Shown here: in pieces, positions 14,367 to 27,267 of the stretch
Position numbering within the stretch: position 1 is the first letter of the stretch
Layout of the letters: each line of letters starts with the position of its first letter
NCBI GenBank assembly: GCA_038496445.1
Contig: JALMLS010000455.1
Coordinates: 620,001-684,000 of the forward strand
Length of the DNA: 64,000 nucleotides
Direction of reading: 5' to 3'
Source: Trichosphaerium sp. ATCC 40318
Taxonomy: Eukaryota; Protista; Tubulinea
Made by a program: the position numbers and the translations under genes
The notes under the pieces: generated by a model
Database searches by the model: none
The model's input: the letters and a program-made list of their open reading frames with translations, nothing else
What the model was told of the DNA's origin: nothing

Positions 14367-14746
14367 AATTCTGCTTTTTGTAAAATCCTTCGCTCTTTAC
14401 GTAAAAGACCTTTATTCGAGTGAAAATAGTTTACTAAAAATTGCTGTTTTTGGAAAATACAAAAAAAAAGTCCATATGTTAACCTTCAAGTAGTATGTTG
14501 TACGAACATAGGTATGCCAGAACAACTGTTTTGCTCGTAGAATTACAGTTGATATCACATCTTGAAGTAACAATTGAGAAAGACGCAGAAGAAGCTACTC
14601 GTTTCTCGAGAGGTTTTTTTTTTTTCGATGAGTATTTATTGTAGTATAAAGTGTTTCTCATGAAACGTGTGGATACTGAATCAACAGAAAAAGGTGGATA
14701 TTATTGTATACGAAAAAAAAAAAGAAACACTTTCGGCTCCACAATT

Positions 14747-16770
14747 TCAATTGACATGATCTGGCTTAATATAAGATCCTGGCTCCTTCGAGAAATGAAC
14801 AACAACTCTTAAACCTTCCTACAAATAATGATTATGAATTGGTGATATCATAGTACAAATAGTACCCCACAAAGAAGAGGGCTTGTAACTCTAAGTATGC
14901 TTCCATCACAAAAGAGATTTTGAAGTGACTTGACTAGGTTAGGCCTTGTTGCCTCTTCTAGTAATCTTGGGTTCTGCATATACAAACTAATAGCTTTATC
15001 CTCCACCATTGTAGTCACGGATATTGATTCCCTTTTGTCAAGAGTTATGGAGTGGTTTGCAAACTGCTCAGAACAAAAAAGTGCAAGAAAAGGATACAGG
15101 TCTTGGTGGTTTTCCAACTCACTGATAAGATCTTCCAATGACATTAATGGATCCACATCAAACGGTATCTCTTTTGGTACACAAACCCAACATGTTGGCT
15201 AGCGAGAAGATGAATAGATGGAGGAATGTTGCGGAACAAAATCAACAAAACAAAAAAAACAAAAAAAAGTAAAAATCAACATACCAATCTCTTGTAATTC
15301 ATTGTGCACGTGTACAAACCATCAGAACCATTATAAAACATAAAGTTTTCTAAATAAGGAGCAGTGTGCGTTGCAATTTTGAAAGCTTCGTTAGCACAAG
15401 CACCTGGCATAAATCAGAAATCGTATGCAAACGTGAGTATTGCTGTAATTTCGTACCAGCGATAATAGCATTCGTGCATGCTACTGAAGGAATAATCGCC
15501 TTTAAGACGCCTATTGCGAGTTTGTAGTCAACTAATCCAGAAATACCAAGCTTGTTAGCGCGTATTCTAGCGTTCTTTACTATCTCGGCAATATGCTCTG
15601 GGTTATCCGTATCCAACTAATTTAGTTGTTAACTTGCAGAAGGAAAAAAGAGACATTTGAGGCAGCGAATAAGTTCAAATGCTTATCACGTGCGTGTGTA
15701 TTAGGATGTTCCTTTGGCCATTGCATTACGGAAGCATACTTGATACAGTGCTCTGGTGAATGAGGATACAGTACATAAAATTCCATCGGTTGACACTGAA
15801 TTAGTGGGAATGTGTCCAAGGTACATTCTAAGCAAGATCCAATAGTTGGTATAATGACGTTGCAGTTGCCTTTTAACCCTTGTAAAACATCAATACTGTC
15901 ATCCTCAATATCAAGGTATCCCTTACCTTCGCTTCCACCATTAATCAGAGGGATTATGGTATCAGGATCAGGAGTTCCATCGTGTTTATCTATTTCAACC
16001 AGTTTTACAAGTGTAGAGTTTATCCAACGACGGGCTTTGATGTTATCCAAACCAGACACAACTACGTTAAACTCTACGAAGAAGTCTAAGGGCAAGTCTT
16101 GGAGTCTTGTATGGTATCTAAAAGAACAGTCAAGTGATAGAAAATATAGAAAAATAAACATGTCTTGGATGTTAAATATTGTTAGTCCGATCTAAAGAAA
16201 CTCTTTTTCAGAACATAAAACACTGTACCCAACTACATTAGCACCTGAAATACGGTTATTTATATAGTTTGCAGCTACTTCAGCCTTTGATTTACCAAGA
16301 TCGTCTTTTCTAACAGAGAGTATTAAACGAGAAAGGAAAGCGAACATTTTTCTAAGTACGCAGTCAATTGTTTGTTACCTGAATAAGAACTGCCGGTTGA
16401 GGTCAGATATACTGATGGTATCCTTATCAACAACGTCAATATTGCGGAAACCAAGCAAAGACAAGTCTTTTAGTAGTGCACAACCTATTTAATCATTTAT
16501 GAGCTTAAATAGCCTACAAACTAACGTACCGAGGCCTCCAGCGCCTATAACCAGAACCTTACAGTCTTTTAACAAGAATTCAAGCCCCTATTGCTACTCA
16601 GTAAATAAATACGCTCAGTGCGTTAACGCTACGTAAAACAAGCTGAAAGTGATATAAAACAGCACCTGTTTATCATTTTCAGTGTCTTCTTCAAAACCAG
16701 GGCAAGCGAATGCTCCTTTGTTCTTTAGAACTTGTGATATATCGTCCCATCTGCTTGCGAGCTCTGTCAT
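14747..16770 (-). CDS. UBA3: UBA3-like (NEDD8 E1 catalytic subunit) divergent homolog
   Basis: RWDDI N-terminus, [82 protein letters not shown]. Catalytic region altered (see findings). Confidence 0.9.
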
Positions 16771-17714
16771 TCTTATTGTTGGTTAACGAATCGAAAAACA
16801 AGTGTCTTTTATTCTTTGAATTCAAAGCACTGAACAAGCCTTAATTTTTATGGTACTCAATACTTTGGAAAAGTGGTTGAAGTACAATGTTTTAAGCAGG
16901 AAAAAACTTGCTATGACGAAAGCCTCCACTCTAGTTCTTACAGTTTATTTCGTCCAATACTGTTTCAAATTAGCAGTTCGACGGAATGCTCTACTATTGT
17001 TTTATAAGTGGTAAGCAGTTGCATGAAAATCTGTTTTCCCCGACGACATAAAATTATGCATCTCCAACGACTGTACCTCCATCGACCTTACCATCCAACA
17101 ACTGAAGAACCAACTACTATCCCGACAAGTGTAAATCTAACAAGTGAACCTAGTCGGTGTCCCAACTACTCTGGGAGTATCGTGCTCTTTAAATTTCAAT
17201 ACCTTCCTTAGCGTTGTTTATTGTTACTTCAGTGTATTACTTGCAACACAATAAAGTCGAGAGCTCTTATTTGTTTTGTTTCTTTAGTAAGCCTTCACAA
17301 CTCTATATTTAGCAGCTGTAGTTCCATAAAGCGTAAATAAAAATAAGGCAATAAACTATAAAGTCACTTGTCTACATATCAGTCAGATTATTGATGTATA
17401 CGCACCACATCACACAACACAACATTCGATATAACTGCGGCTTTTAAACGTTCATTATTCCTATTAACAACTGTTATGTCCAAAGCGACATTGTCTTGCC
17501 ACGTGTTTGCTTACTACCTGGATCTCAGAGCTGATGTATGGACAGAACCCATTATCCATACGCACTTGTGGCGACAAACATGCGAAGGAATTGCTAGGAT
17601 TGTTAATAGAAATACAACATATCAAAAAAAAATTCGAGCTTGTTGCTAACGAACTTATTCTTTTTCTCAATACACAAATACTATACGCAATAATTCACCA
17701 GCATAAAAAAACAA

Positions 17715-18652
17715 ATGGGTGCTTGTCTTTCAGCTACAATAGAGCCACGAACAACGAAACGGTACGATGGCCACTTTACATTGTTTTTTTTGGTTTTTAG
17801 TTTTATTTCCTTGTTTTAAGGCTATACCTTCTCGCTTGGTATCGTTTTTCGGATATCGTAGAGTATAAGGTACCATTACCTTTACAGTTATCTTAAAGTG
17901 CGTTAACACGTGCTATTTTCATGTAAACGCACGTGATAAATACTGAAAAAACAGCTAAACAGGAAAAAAAAAACAAAGAAGCAAAACCTATTTAATTTTG
18001 TTTTTTCGGAAAAAAGCTGAATATCTTCGCTCACGCTATTCCACCTAGCTCTCAGATCATTATAGACTTACCAATAGAGTTACTGGCATGTATTATAAAA
18101 ATTATGACGACGGAACGCTTCATTGCAGCGCAGACGTGCAGTACAATGGCGAGTATCGTAAAGAACGTTGTTGGGTACAAAAAGATCCATATACAACTTC
18201 GGGACATTCCTAAGATACGCTGTATACCAGGCATAATGTCTAATACATATGTCAAACTACACACGTCAGTTGAGAGTATGATAGTAGATCATTGGGTCAA
18301 AAATCTTGCTGGTATTTCAAAACTTGATTTAACTGATACAACTGTAACAGATAAAAGCGTGAAGAAGTTAGGTGGTATTCATACAATTATACTTAACCAC
18401 ACAGCTGTTACTGACGAAGGAATAAAGGCTTTGGCTGGTGTACATACGATTTTTCTGAATAATACAGCTGTTACTGATAAAGGAATAATGGCGTTACAAG
18501 GTGTACATACAATAAGTCTTTGTCATACTGAAGTTACAGATAAAGGTGTAAAATCACTTATTGGCCTACGATCTATTTCTCTTACTGGCACTAAAGTAAC
18601 ACGTGATTGTATGAAACATTTAATGAAGAATGGGGCCACTATAGTCTTTTAA
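17715..18652 (+). CDS. F-box + LRR (LAGVHTI-type) protein with predicted N-myristoylation/palmitoylation
   Basis: F-box IIDLPIELLACII lies upstream of ORF 18104 with no in-frame ATG. Candidate first exon MGACLSATIEPRTTKR (17715-17761) splices in phase. 21-aa LRRs follow. Confidence 0.75.
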
Positions 18653-18782
18653 GAACATCGCAAAGTTGTACAATAATAAAATGAAAATATATGCGAAAAA
18701 AAAAAGTTTGACGAAAGACATCTTTGTGGCCAAAAAGCAATTTTAGTCAAAAAATATCTCTATCCAAAGGTATTAAACACAG

Positions 18783-19836
18783 ATGTCATCATTAATTAGG
18801 TCACTCGGTATGGGTGGTAGAGATGTAGAGTTACAGAAAAAAGATAAAAAAAAACACGTGAAAGAGATTAAACCTCGTAGAATTAGGCGTATATTTTCTC
18901 TAAAAGACTACCTATTTCCTGACCAACTCGCTCGTAATATACATGAAGAATCAAGGGAGCATTATCTAAAATATAAGATTAAACATGAGGATATGCACTT
19001 ACGCATGGAGGTTTTAAAGATAGACTGTAAGGACCTGAAAAATAAAGACGTCACAGGTACGTGATGGACGATTTTTTTTTTTTTGACAAAATCACTTTTA
19101 CTCCGATAAAGTTTTTCCTTTTCTCGTCAGGAGTTGTCAGTAGCAGCGACAGTATCCAATAAATTACGTGATTTTTTTAAGGCTTTTTCCCGTTGACACG
19201 TTGTAGGTAAGAGCGATCCGTATATTAGGATATATGCTGGTGTAGATTTTGTTGTTGATCATTGGACGAGACTGTATAAATCACCTCGGTTTGATGACGA
19301 GCTTTGTCCGACATGGGACTTTACAGAAAAACCACTAGAGTTACATTGTAAATATAATAAGATGCTACTGGTTGAAGTATGGGATTATGACAGGGTGAGC
19401 CTTAAAGAAAGAAAAACAACAATTCTCTTCAAAAAATAATAATTATTTGTAAAGAACAATCCAGACGACTTTATGGGTTCCATGTACATTGAACCATCCT
19501 TCGTTATGTATATCTCAGAAGGTACGAAACAACAGTTGCCAGACGAGTATTTTTAATTCCATGTAGTAACCCAGAGCCCGACAGTTGTTTTGAAATGTTC
19601 AGCACTATGTCCAATGCTAGCGAGAGGTAAGATAAGTTTTTTTTGACTTTTTTTATGACCAAACAACTGTTTGTCACGTGCCTTCATTTTTCCATAATAG
19701 GGTCGGATTAATTTGACGTATTTTTATAGGTTCGAATTCAATACATTCTGTTAAAGGTACAGTGGAGTTGACATTACGGCCTATTCATCTTGGAAGACGC
19801 GCTGCATTTACAAAGAATACGAAAACTAAACATTAG
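18783..19836 (+). CDS. C2-domain protein
   Basis: LKNKDVT|GKSDPYIRI, CPTWDF, VEVWDYDR|NNPDDFMG: canonical Ca-binding C2 motifs. Confidence 0.85.
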
Positions 19837-20191
19837 GAAAATAAAGGTTGCGTTACCTACACTGTCACTATGTTCGCTAATAGCTCTAAACGCTGAAAGG
19901 CCATGTTTACGCTATTTGAGTAACTTTAAACGTTGTTTTGTTCTAACCGACTATTTGGCCGTTAAACCTTACCTTAACGCGAACTAGACGTTGTTGACAT
20001 TGCATAGCCCGCTTATAAAGACACGACAACCTCCTGTAGCAAAATTGAACGAAATTTCTGAAAAACGTCATGATTGATTTTTTCTTTCAATCGACTACAA
20101 AATCCACTCTAAACTATATCACCATGCATTGCGGTACCATATAAACACTTTTTATAAACCCACCATTTTTTCTAAGCACAAAAAACTGTAT

Positions 20192-20793
20192 TTAAAAATG
20201 AAACTTCAACTCTTCTAAAAGTGGGAGTTGGAGCGGTCTCTCCTCTTCTGCCGGCGCATCCGGCCTCGAAGCCATTCGAACAAAACCAAGGACATAGGCC
20301 AATCCAAAGACATTCAGCTATATTTGTTAGCACTCTACTGGCCCTAGATGTGCAGGCGTTTCTAAATAAAATGCGGACATAATGTAGTTGACCTAGAGCG
20401 TATGACGTGGGGCAGTTGTACAAAGCATGTCTTTTGCAAAATGAGGCAAAATCAGTGAGTTTGTAAAGTACCCTCCTAAAACGGCAAGAATCTTATAAGG
20501 GTATTTGACACTTGCGCTGAGCGTTGTAGCACCGATAAACTCTATAGCCAATAACTGTCGTGATAAAACGTTTTACTATAAACGAAAACAACCCGAAACA
20601 CTCTCAGCGCATTAAACATAAACACAACAATGCGCTCCAGCGACGAGACGCCTTTAGAGCGGATTGTACAAGTATTCGGTTACAACCAAACCATTTTGTC
20701 TAAAAGGACCTTCCCGCGCTATAGAACAACGTGAGGTAGTTTTTGACCTTCTCTGGACTTGTCCTTAATTGCAAAAGTGTACTTAGGTAACAT
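20192..20793 (-). CDS. Small (about 105 aa) spliced probable membrane protein
   Basis: Phase-compatible model MLPKYTF...EFIGATTLSASVKYPYKILAVLGGHALYNCPTSYALGQLHY|LNVFGLAYVLGFVRM...FHF*. CTAAC branch and TAG acceptor precede the last exon; the last-exon frame is uncertain. Confidence 0.45.
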
Positions 20794-20860
20794 TGTCGCA
20801 TAGAAAACTCGTTTTTTTCTGCTGTAATCTCCCACCGAACAACCCACTGAATAGATTTGA

Positions 20861-23800
20861 ATGGATCAGCCTCGAAACGACGTACAAGAGACCACCATTC
20901 AGTCTGGAGGAGTTGGCGCGGACGATCATACCCAACACGCGCCTATAATTCATAATCAAGAAAATGATGCTGGAGCCTTACAAAGTAGCGCCTATTTTGC
21001 GAAAAACATATGCTAACGCGTTATTGAGGTATGGGTGTTAATACACAACCCTCTTCAGTGTTTTTTGTCTTTGCCGACGACCGCTTTGACAAAGCAGACC
21101 ACCCTATCAAAATTATAATAGACAAATCGTCGCCAACCGTTCAAGATGTTTGTGCGACTTTACAGAGCCTTTTCTTTCCACTCCAGTCGGTATCTCTTTC
21201 CTGCTCTTTTGAGCGCGGCAATGTCCTCCAGGAGTTCCCAGCAGATAGCCAAGACATCGTACCGGTTAATGACAGGCGTAGAGTCATTGGTATTAGCACA
21301 AAGTGTACGTTAAAAAATTTAACTTCCAAAGTACACCCAAAACGGTATAATGTAACTCTTCGTTTTATAATTTGCATTCTCTCTCGCGGTTTGTTGGCAC
21401 AAAACGTATTTAATCAAAAAAAACAAAAAAAACCTTTTAAAAGCAAACTACGATTCATTCATTTGCTAAACTGTTATTAACTTCCTATTTAGTCTCAGAT
21501 GAAACAACAAAAATGGATCCTGCAATAATTGATGGTACTTTTGTTCCAGGTAGACCCCCTCTTCTTTAATTGTCAATGCAGTCACGAACTGGCTTCAATC
21601 CGAGGGTCTAGACACTGGGGAAATCCCCCAACTCTTTATTCGTAACCACATAAGCTTCGACACAATGAAGTACTTAAGTGATCAAAAACTGTTACGAATG
21701 GGTATACAAGAGTGGGGATTGCGTCAAAAGATAATGTCGTCTGTGGCGAATTATTTTAGTACAGTTGCGGTGCGCACTTTGTCTGAAAAAATTAGAAAGA
21801 GTAAAGAGCTTACTTATCCCCCAAAATTCCGCCTTGATTTACTCATTTTTTTTTCTTCTTTAAACCCTTATCTCTATTGGTCTACATAGTTTTATTATTA
21901 TCTGTTATCATGTAATTTTTCTTATACGTGTTTTAGGGCGTGAATATAAGTATGCCAGAAGGTCAGTGTTTGTTTTTTTTTTTGTTTTTTTTTCTCTTTC
22001 GTATCTTTTGCCTTTTCCCCGTTTCCGGAAAGAAATAGTGTGAGGTTGTTTTTTTTTGTGCATAGCTTGCTTACCATCTCACAGTAAATTCTGCGTTCAT
22101 GTCTGCAAAGAGAAGAGCTTCATACATGGACGGCCCACAAGCCTCAAATCTACAGCGTGCGTTGTTCAAAAAAACCAAAACAATTATGTTTTAGCGATTG
22201 TACATGTTGTTTATACCTTTGTTTTAGCGGCTAAAAAGCCACGGTTGACGCCTCGCAAAAACCGTATTAAATTTAAAGACATTGATCAACTTGTTGCTGA
22301 ACCAGCTATACCTGTAAGTACCGTGTTCAGAACGCAGTGTTTGCTGTTGTTTTGGTTTTAAATTCTTCCGAGATGCAATTTTAATTTTCTCGTCACAATG
22401 AGTGCGTGAGGTATTTACTTACGATTGTTCTAGGTTGACGAACAGTTCAGTGTTCATTGTACAAACTCCAACTTGGCGCCTGGAAAAATTATCTATAACA
22501 AACAAAAGAAAGCAGTTGTAGAATGGATGGACCAAGAGGGCAAGAAAAAGTGCGTCAACCCTTGCATTTGTTTCTCAATCTACAATTTTTTTGTCTACGC
22601 GTTGAAGCGCAGGTTGCTTGTTTCTTGCTTGCTTTGGCGCGTTCTGTAGTTACAGAGTTTTGCGCCTTTTTTTGAAGTCTTTTTTGCCAAAACGTTGGCT
22701 GAGTTCATAAGTGAGTACTCATAAGCTCTAGGACCGGAACTCTACCGCAGTTCTATCGGGCTTCAACTTCCCAGCCTTTACACGCGAAGGGTGATTCGTG
22801 GAAGCATTTATTCTTTACTAACCCACATACTGGAGAAACACGCAGTTTATACGATGTTAAATACTATGTAGAAGGTACGGCATTTTTTTTTTTGTTGCTG
22901 TTCCTTCACAGAAAAAAAACCAACCTCATTTGAACTCTACAAATCTCTTTTTTTTGTGTCTGTGTAGCAAAAAATTGTCCTCCAGGTGCTTTTTTTATTT
23001 TTTCTGGTGAGTTCTGGCTTATGTGTTGGAACCAAGTTTGTACCCAAACTCCAATGCAAAGCTCCTTGCGCAAATCGTTGTGGGTATTTAAAACACGCAC
23101 CTTTTTTGTTTTTATAAGCGATTTGCGCAGGGAGCTTTGCATTGGAGTTTGGGTGTCAAACGCTTTTTTTTTTTTTTTTTTGTATTGCAATTGCAAAAAA
23201 AAGAAAAAAGAAAGAAGTAGTTGAAAAAGAAAGAAACAAAAACCGATTGTATTGTAGGTCCAAAGAAAGCAGTGTCTGCATTTTTATTCTTCTCAAAAGA
23301 GATTCGTGAATCTGTTGGAAAGAGCGGTATTGGCGTACGTCGCTACCCTTGAATGGCCAAAAAAAAAACCCGAAGAAAAAAAACCCATAACAAAAAACCG
23401 TTAAAAAACCCCCACATCGCTTCTAGATTATGAAACGAATTCCATTAACGCATAAAAAGCGGGCTTGGAGGTTAATAGAGCTTTGACTTGCAAGTGTGAA
23501 TTAATACGCTTCATCTCGCTCTCCCTCCTTGTTTATTTATTGTGATTGTACCCTCTTTGCTCACCCACTTTATAGCAGGAACTGAAATCGGAGGACTTCG
23601 CCAAAAAGAGTGGCGAAATGTGGAAACAGCTTCCTGAAGAACAAAAAAAGGTACCAAAGAATTTGTCTATCTTTTTTTTTCCCTTTACGCGCGTAAAGCC
23701 AAGCAACTCACCTTAAAAAAAATAAGTCATGCCAATACACGTTTTTTTTCAACCTAACGCTTTGTTCTTGTTATAGAAATACCGCCAACTCGAGAAACAA

Positions 23801-23992
23801 GATAAGAACCGATTTAAGGATGAAAAAGAAAAATGGCTGATTACTACTGGTCAAATGAATCCTGATGGAACACCAAAGAGCCTAAACGACCATGTTGAGG
23901 ATATGAATTCCAGTATACCTGAGGTTTCAGCTGAAACATTGCAAGTACCTGAAGGAAGCCTTGGAACCGGTTCATTACCTTTGCTTACATAA
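20861..23992 (+). CDS. Chromatin protein: SAM domain + RAMA/SAND-like domain + HMG box
   Basis: SAM: DVTNWLQSEGL...LSDQKLLRMGIQEWGLRQKIM. Middle: GKII...GTLPQFYRAS...DSWKHLFF...RSLYDVK. HMG: PKKAVSAFLFFSKEIR...GEMWKQLPEEQKKKY...DKNRF. Confidence 0.85.
23042..23154 (+). repeat. Intronic inverted repeat, 36-bp stem (candidate pre-miRNA-like hairpin)
   Basis: 23042-23077 is the reverse complement of 23119-23154 apart from one position, which is a U-G wobble on the sense strand. Confidence 0.9.
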
Positions 23993-24265
23993 ATTTAAAA
24001 TGTATATGACCGCGAAAGAGAAGCGAAAAAAAAATTTATGTGGTTTTTGGATATGGAATTCCTGGGCGCTGGGATTTTTTTTTGGATTCAAACAACAACA
24101 TTTATCATCATTATTATTATTATTATGTGATAATCAATTTATCTCGCTTGGTGATGATTTTTTGATGGTGTGGTGTTGGGTTTTTTGAAAAAAAAAAAAA
24201 AAGGAAAAAAAAATACAAAAAAAAAAATAATACGCGTTCTTACTTGTAACAAACATTTTGGTGGT

Positions 24266-25425
24266 AGTGCAAATAAAATCTTAATTTCTCTTTATTTTTA
24301 TTTCTTTGTTTGGTTAATTTTTATCGATTTTATGGAAATAGAAGTAAGTGATTGAATGAAAACTGATTTTTTTTTTCAGGTTTGGGTACTATTGACAAGG
24401 CGGTTTGCATGACGCCTTTCCACGTGGTAAACAAAATTAGTATACTAAGAAAACCAGACCGCTAACTTGACGTGACTTGACAATTTTGGAAAGAAATTAC
24501 GTTCTGTAACTGTTCCTTACTCAACAAAAAAAAACTTGAAAAAAAAAACATGTGCAATACAAGTGATTACCACGTGTTGAGAAACTTTAATCTGTTTTTT
24601 ATTTGGTCATGAGTCAAAAAGCTAGTTCATAGTTGACTGGTAGAGTACAAATAGCTGCCATGAGAGCAACTAGCGATGAAGTTTGCAGAAGTCACTTTGT
24701 CTCACTATCATCAAAGAAAGAGAGACGTAGTTATGAAACAGCTGTATCTAATAAGGTATTAAATTAATGTGTCCACCTTGTTTGTGGCGACTGTTTTTGA
24801 CCAAAACAACCCAACGTTGTAGTGCAAGTAAAATCTTAATTTCTCTTTATTTTTATTTCTTTGTTTGGTTCGTTTTTTATCGATTTTGTGGAAATAGAAA
24901 TAAGTATTGAATAAAACTGTTTTTTTTTTTTCAGTTTTTAGTTGATTACCACGTGTTGAGAAACTTCAATCTGTTTTTTTTATTTGTTCATGAGTCAAAC
25001 AAAGCTAGCTCACAGTGGAACTGGTAGAGTGCAAATAGTTGTCATGGTGAGAGCAACTAGCGATCAAGTTTGCAGAAGTCACTCTGTCTCACTATCATCA
25101 AAGAAAGAGAGACGTAGTTATATGTGAAATAAATAACAATAAACACACCATATAATAATGCCAGCAAACGCGCAAAAAAGTTCTTGAATATCTGAGGACC
25201 TCTTTCCCACCAAGTAGTTATGCCATACAACGTAACTACAAAATATATACATGATAATACTGTTAATGCAGCGACTTTTTTACAAACAAGCCAGCTCATG
25301 TTTGGTTTATGCCACAGATGTCTACTCTTGTAAGAGTGCAGCTAGGACTTCTGAAACAGCTATATCTATTCTATTAAGGTGGCCACACCTTGTTTCTATT
25401 GACGATTTTTGACCAAAACAACCCA
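24266..25425. repeat. Imperfect tandem duplication with different internal deletions in each copy
   Basis: About 24266-24379 matches 24820-24933; 24564-24733 matches 24944-25119; 24735-24813 matches 25353-25425. Confidence 0.85.
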
Positions 25426-25486
25426 ATTTGTTTTCTAAGTTTGATGCTATTCCATTTACCCGTATGACGTTGATAAAAAGCGATAG
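25057..25486 (-). CDS. Two-TM membrane protein exons; 5' end unresolved
   Basis: Spliced LSLFINVIRV...ETR|YSCFRSPSC...VAALTVLSCIYFVVTLYGI...LLALLYGVFIVIYF. Could be a separate gene or a tail of the adjacent kinase. Confidence 0.4.
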
Positions 25487-25605
25487 CTGTAGCATAACAT
25501 TAAGCAGTCAGCACACAAAACTGTGCTTCTTAAAATTAATTACATATTGGTAGTGGCGACTAAAGATTAATTCTTATCCTTATTAAGATTAAACATTTAC
25601 GGTAA

Positions 25606-27267
25606 TTATGCCGTTGTAGTTGCTTGTTTTATAGACCGAACATACTTTAAAGTGAACACCTGATGGTACTCACAATAACAATGGGCGAAGAAGGGTATTA
25701 TATGATGAAGCATAAAAAAGCTAAAAATGTTTACTAGTTCTATTGCCTCAGCAAAGCTTTTTTTTTCAGTCATCGCTACTCTGAAGTCTTCTATATCTTC
25801 TTTTCTTTTTATTTAAACCCTAAAAGTTAAATCAACATTGTTGTAGATTGATTTCAAAGAAATCTTAGATTTAAACTATCACGTGCAAGAACAGTATTGC
25901 TGAAAAAAAAAAAAAAAAGAAAACCAAAACTTAGTTATACTCACAAGTTTTGCAAGAGGTATGATATTGTCTAATCCTTGGTCTTTACGCATACTTATAA
26001 ATCTAAGCTTTAAAAAAATACTAAGTAAGTAAACACTATCATGTGTATGAACGAGAAAAAAAAGAGAAAGACCAGTAACTATCGATCACTGAGTTGTTGT
26101 ACGTTTTGGGCATTTTTTGCAGAAACTCGATCATTTATATCGCATAGACAATGCTCTATAAAGTCTATAAAGTTATTTGTCCATAATTCTTCATGTTTCA
26201 GCCTTGGCGGAGGATTTCTCATTAACAAAAATAGCACCTTAAAAAAAAAGTAAAATCAGTTTCGAGTAAAACTACTTACAAATAACGTGTCCGTTATCTC
26301 ACCTTCATTGGATTCATATGATAATTCGGTGGCTCTCCTTCAGCCATTTCTATAGCAGTTATACCAATAGACCACATATCGCCTAAGACCTTGCTACGTA
26401 TTACTTCTAACAATCCATAGTTTTGATTTAACACAAAAGCAAAAAAACATACACTTGGATTGTCGTCCATTGGAAACTCGGGAGCTAGCCAATGCATGGG
26501 TCTATCATATGTCTATATCGTTAATTTTAGTATATTTTGTACATATTAAAAGTGTTTCAAAATATTTAACATACAAGGGACGATGTATGGAAATCATACT
26601 TTCTTGGAATACCTTTGTTAAAAAAAAGTTAAATACGACAACACCAATAACACTTGTATGATTTACCAAGTTTCGGTATTCCTGATGCAGTTAAGTATAT
26701 GTTGCCTATATTGAGTAAGGTATATTGGAAGCTATACAGACACAAAGAGGAATAAAATGAGATTCTTAATTAGACGTACGAGCCATAATTGAATCATGTA
26801 TGATGTTATGCTTGTGAACGCACTCAAGACCTTTAAGAACACCACTCAATATCCTTGCTATTTGTCCTTCATTTAATGTAATTTCATGATTCTCCATTAT
26901 ATAACCAACAGAGCCAGCTTGACAGAACTCCATGATAATCTTTGGCAGATGATTATTTATCAGTTTTTTCAGAAGTTCAATCAAAAAAAAAAATTGTGGT
27001 GTCGTACATAAAAATCTTTGTCGTCTATGAAGCTTGACGAGTGTTTTACTATGTTTGGGTGTATTAATAGCTTCGATTCCTTAATTCTTTGATGTGCAGT
27101 CTTAGAATACCGTAATTCTTGTTTCTTTATAGCTACCATCTCTTTAGACGCCTTATGCCTGTATTTAATGGCCCTAGTACCCTCACACCTGCTAATTACT
27201 GTTAAACAAACGATTTAAGGGTTAGATACCTTCTCTTTTTCTTCTTAATACGTTCGTAAGCGTCCAT
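25606..27267 (-). CDS. STE20/MST-family pseudokinase
   Basis: VAIKK, HPNIVK, IIMEFCQAGSV, WLAPE, DMWSIGITAIEMAEGEPP, PPPRL. HRD is replaced by HDS, DFG is absent and the Gly loop is degenerate. 3' end uncertain. Confidence 0.8.

Noticed and set aside
20200-20450. GC-rich stretch with small hairpins suggesting an snRNA, RNase MRP or telomerase RNA
   Set aside because: No diagnostic motifs; better explained as minus-strand exons with branch point and acceptor.
22906-23224. ORFs on both strands sharing TQTPMQSSLRKSL
   Set aside because: Artefact of the intronic inverted repeat.
23380-23520. ACCCATAA/CCCACATCG snRNA-promoter-like motifs and ATCGCTTCT (U2 5'-like)
   Set aside because: Intronic; the U2 similarity ends after 9 nt and no Sm site or snoRNA boxes are evident.
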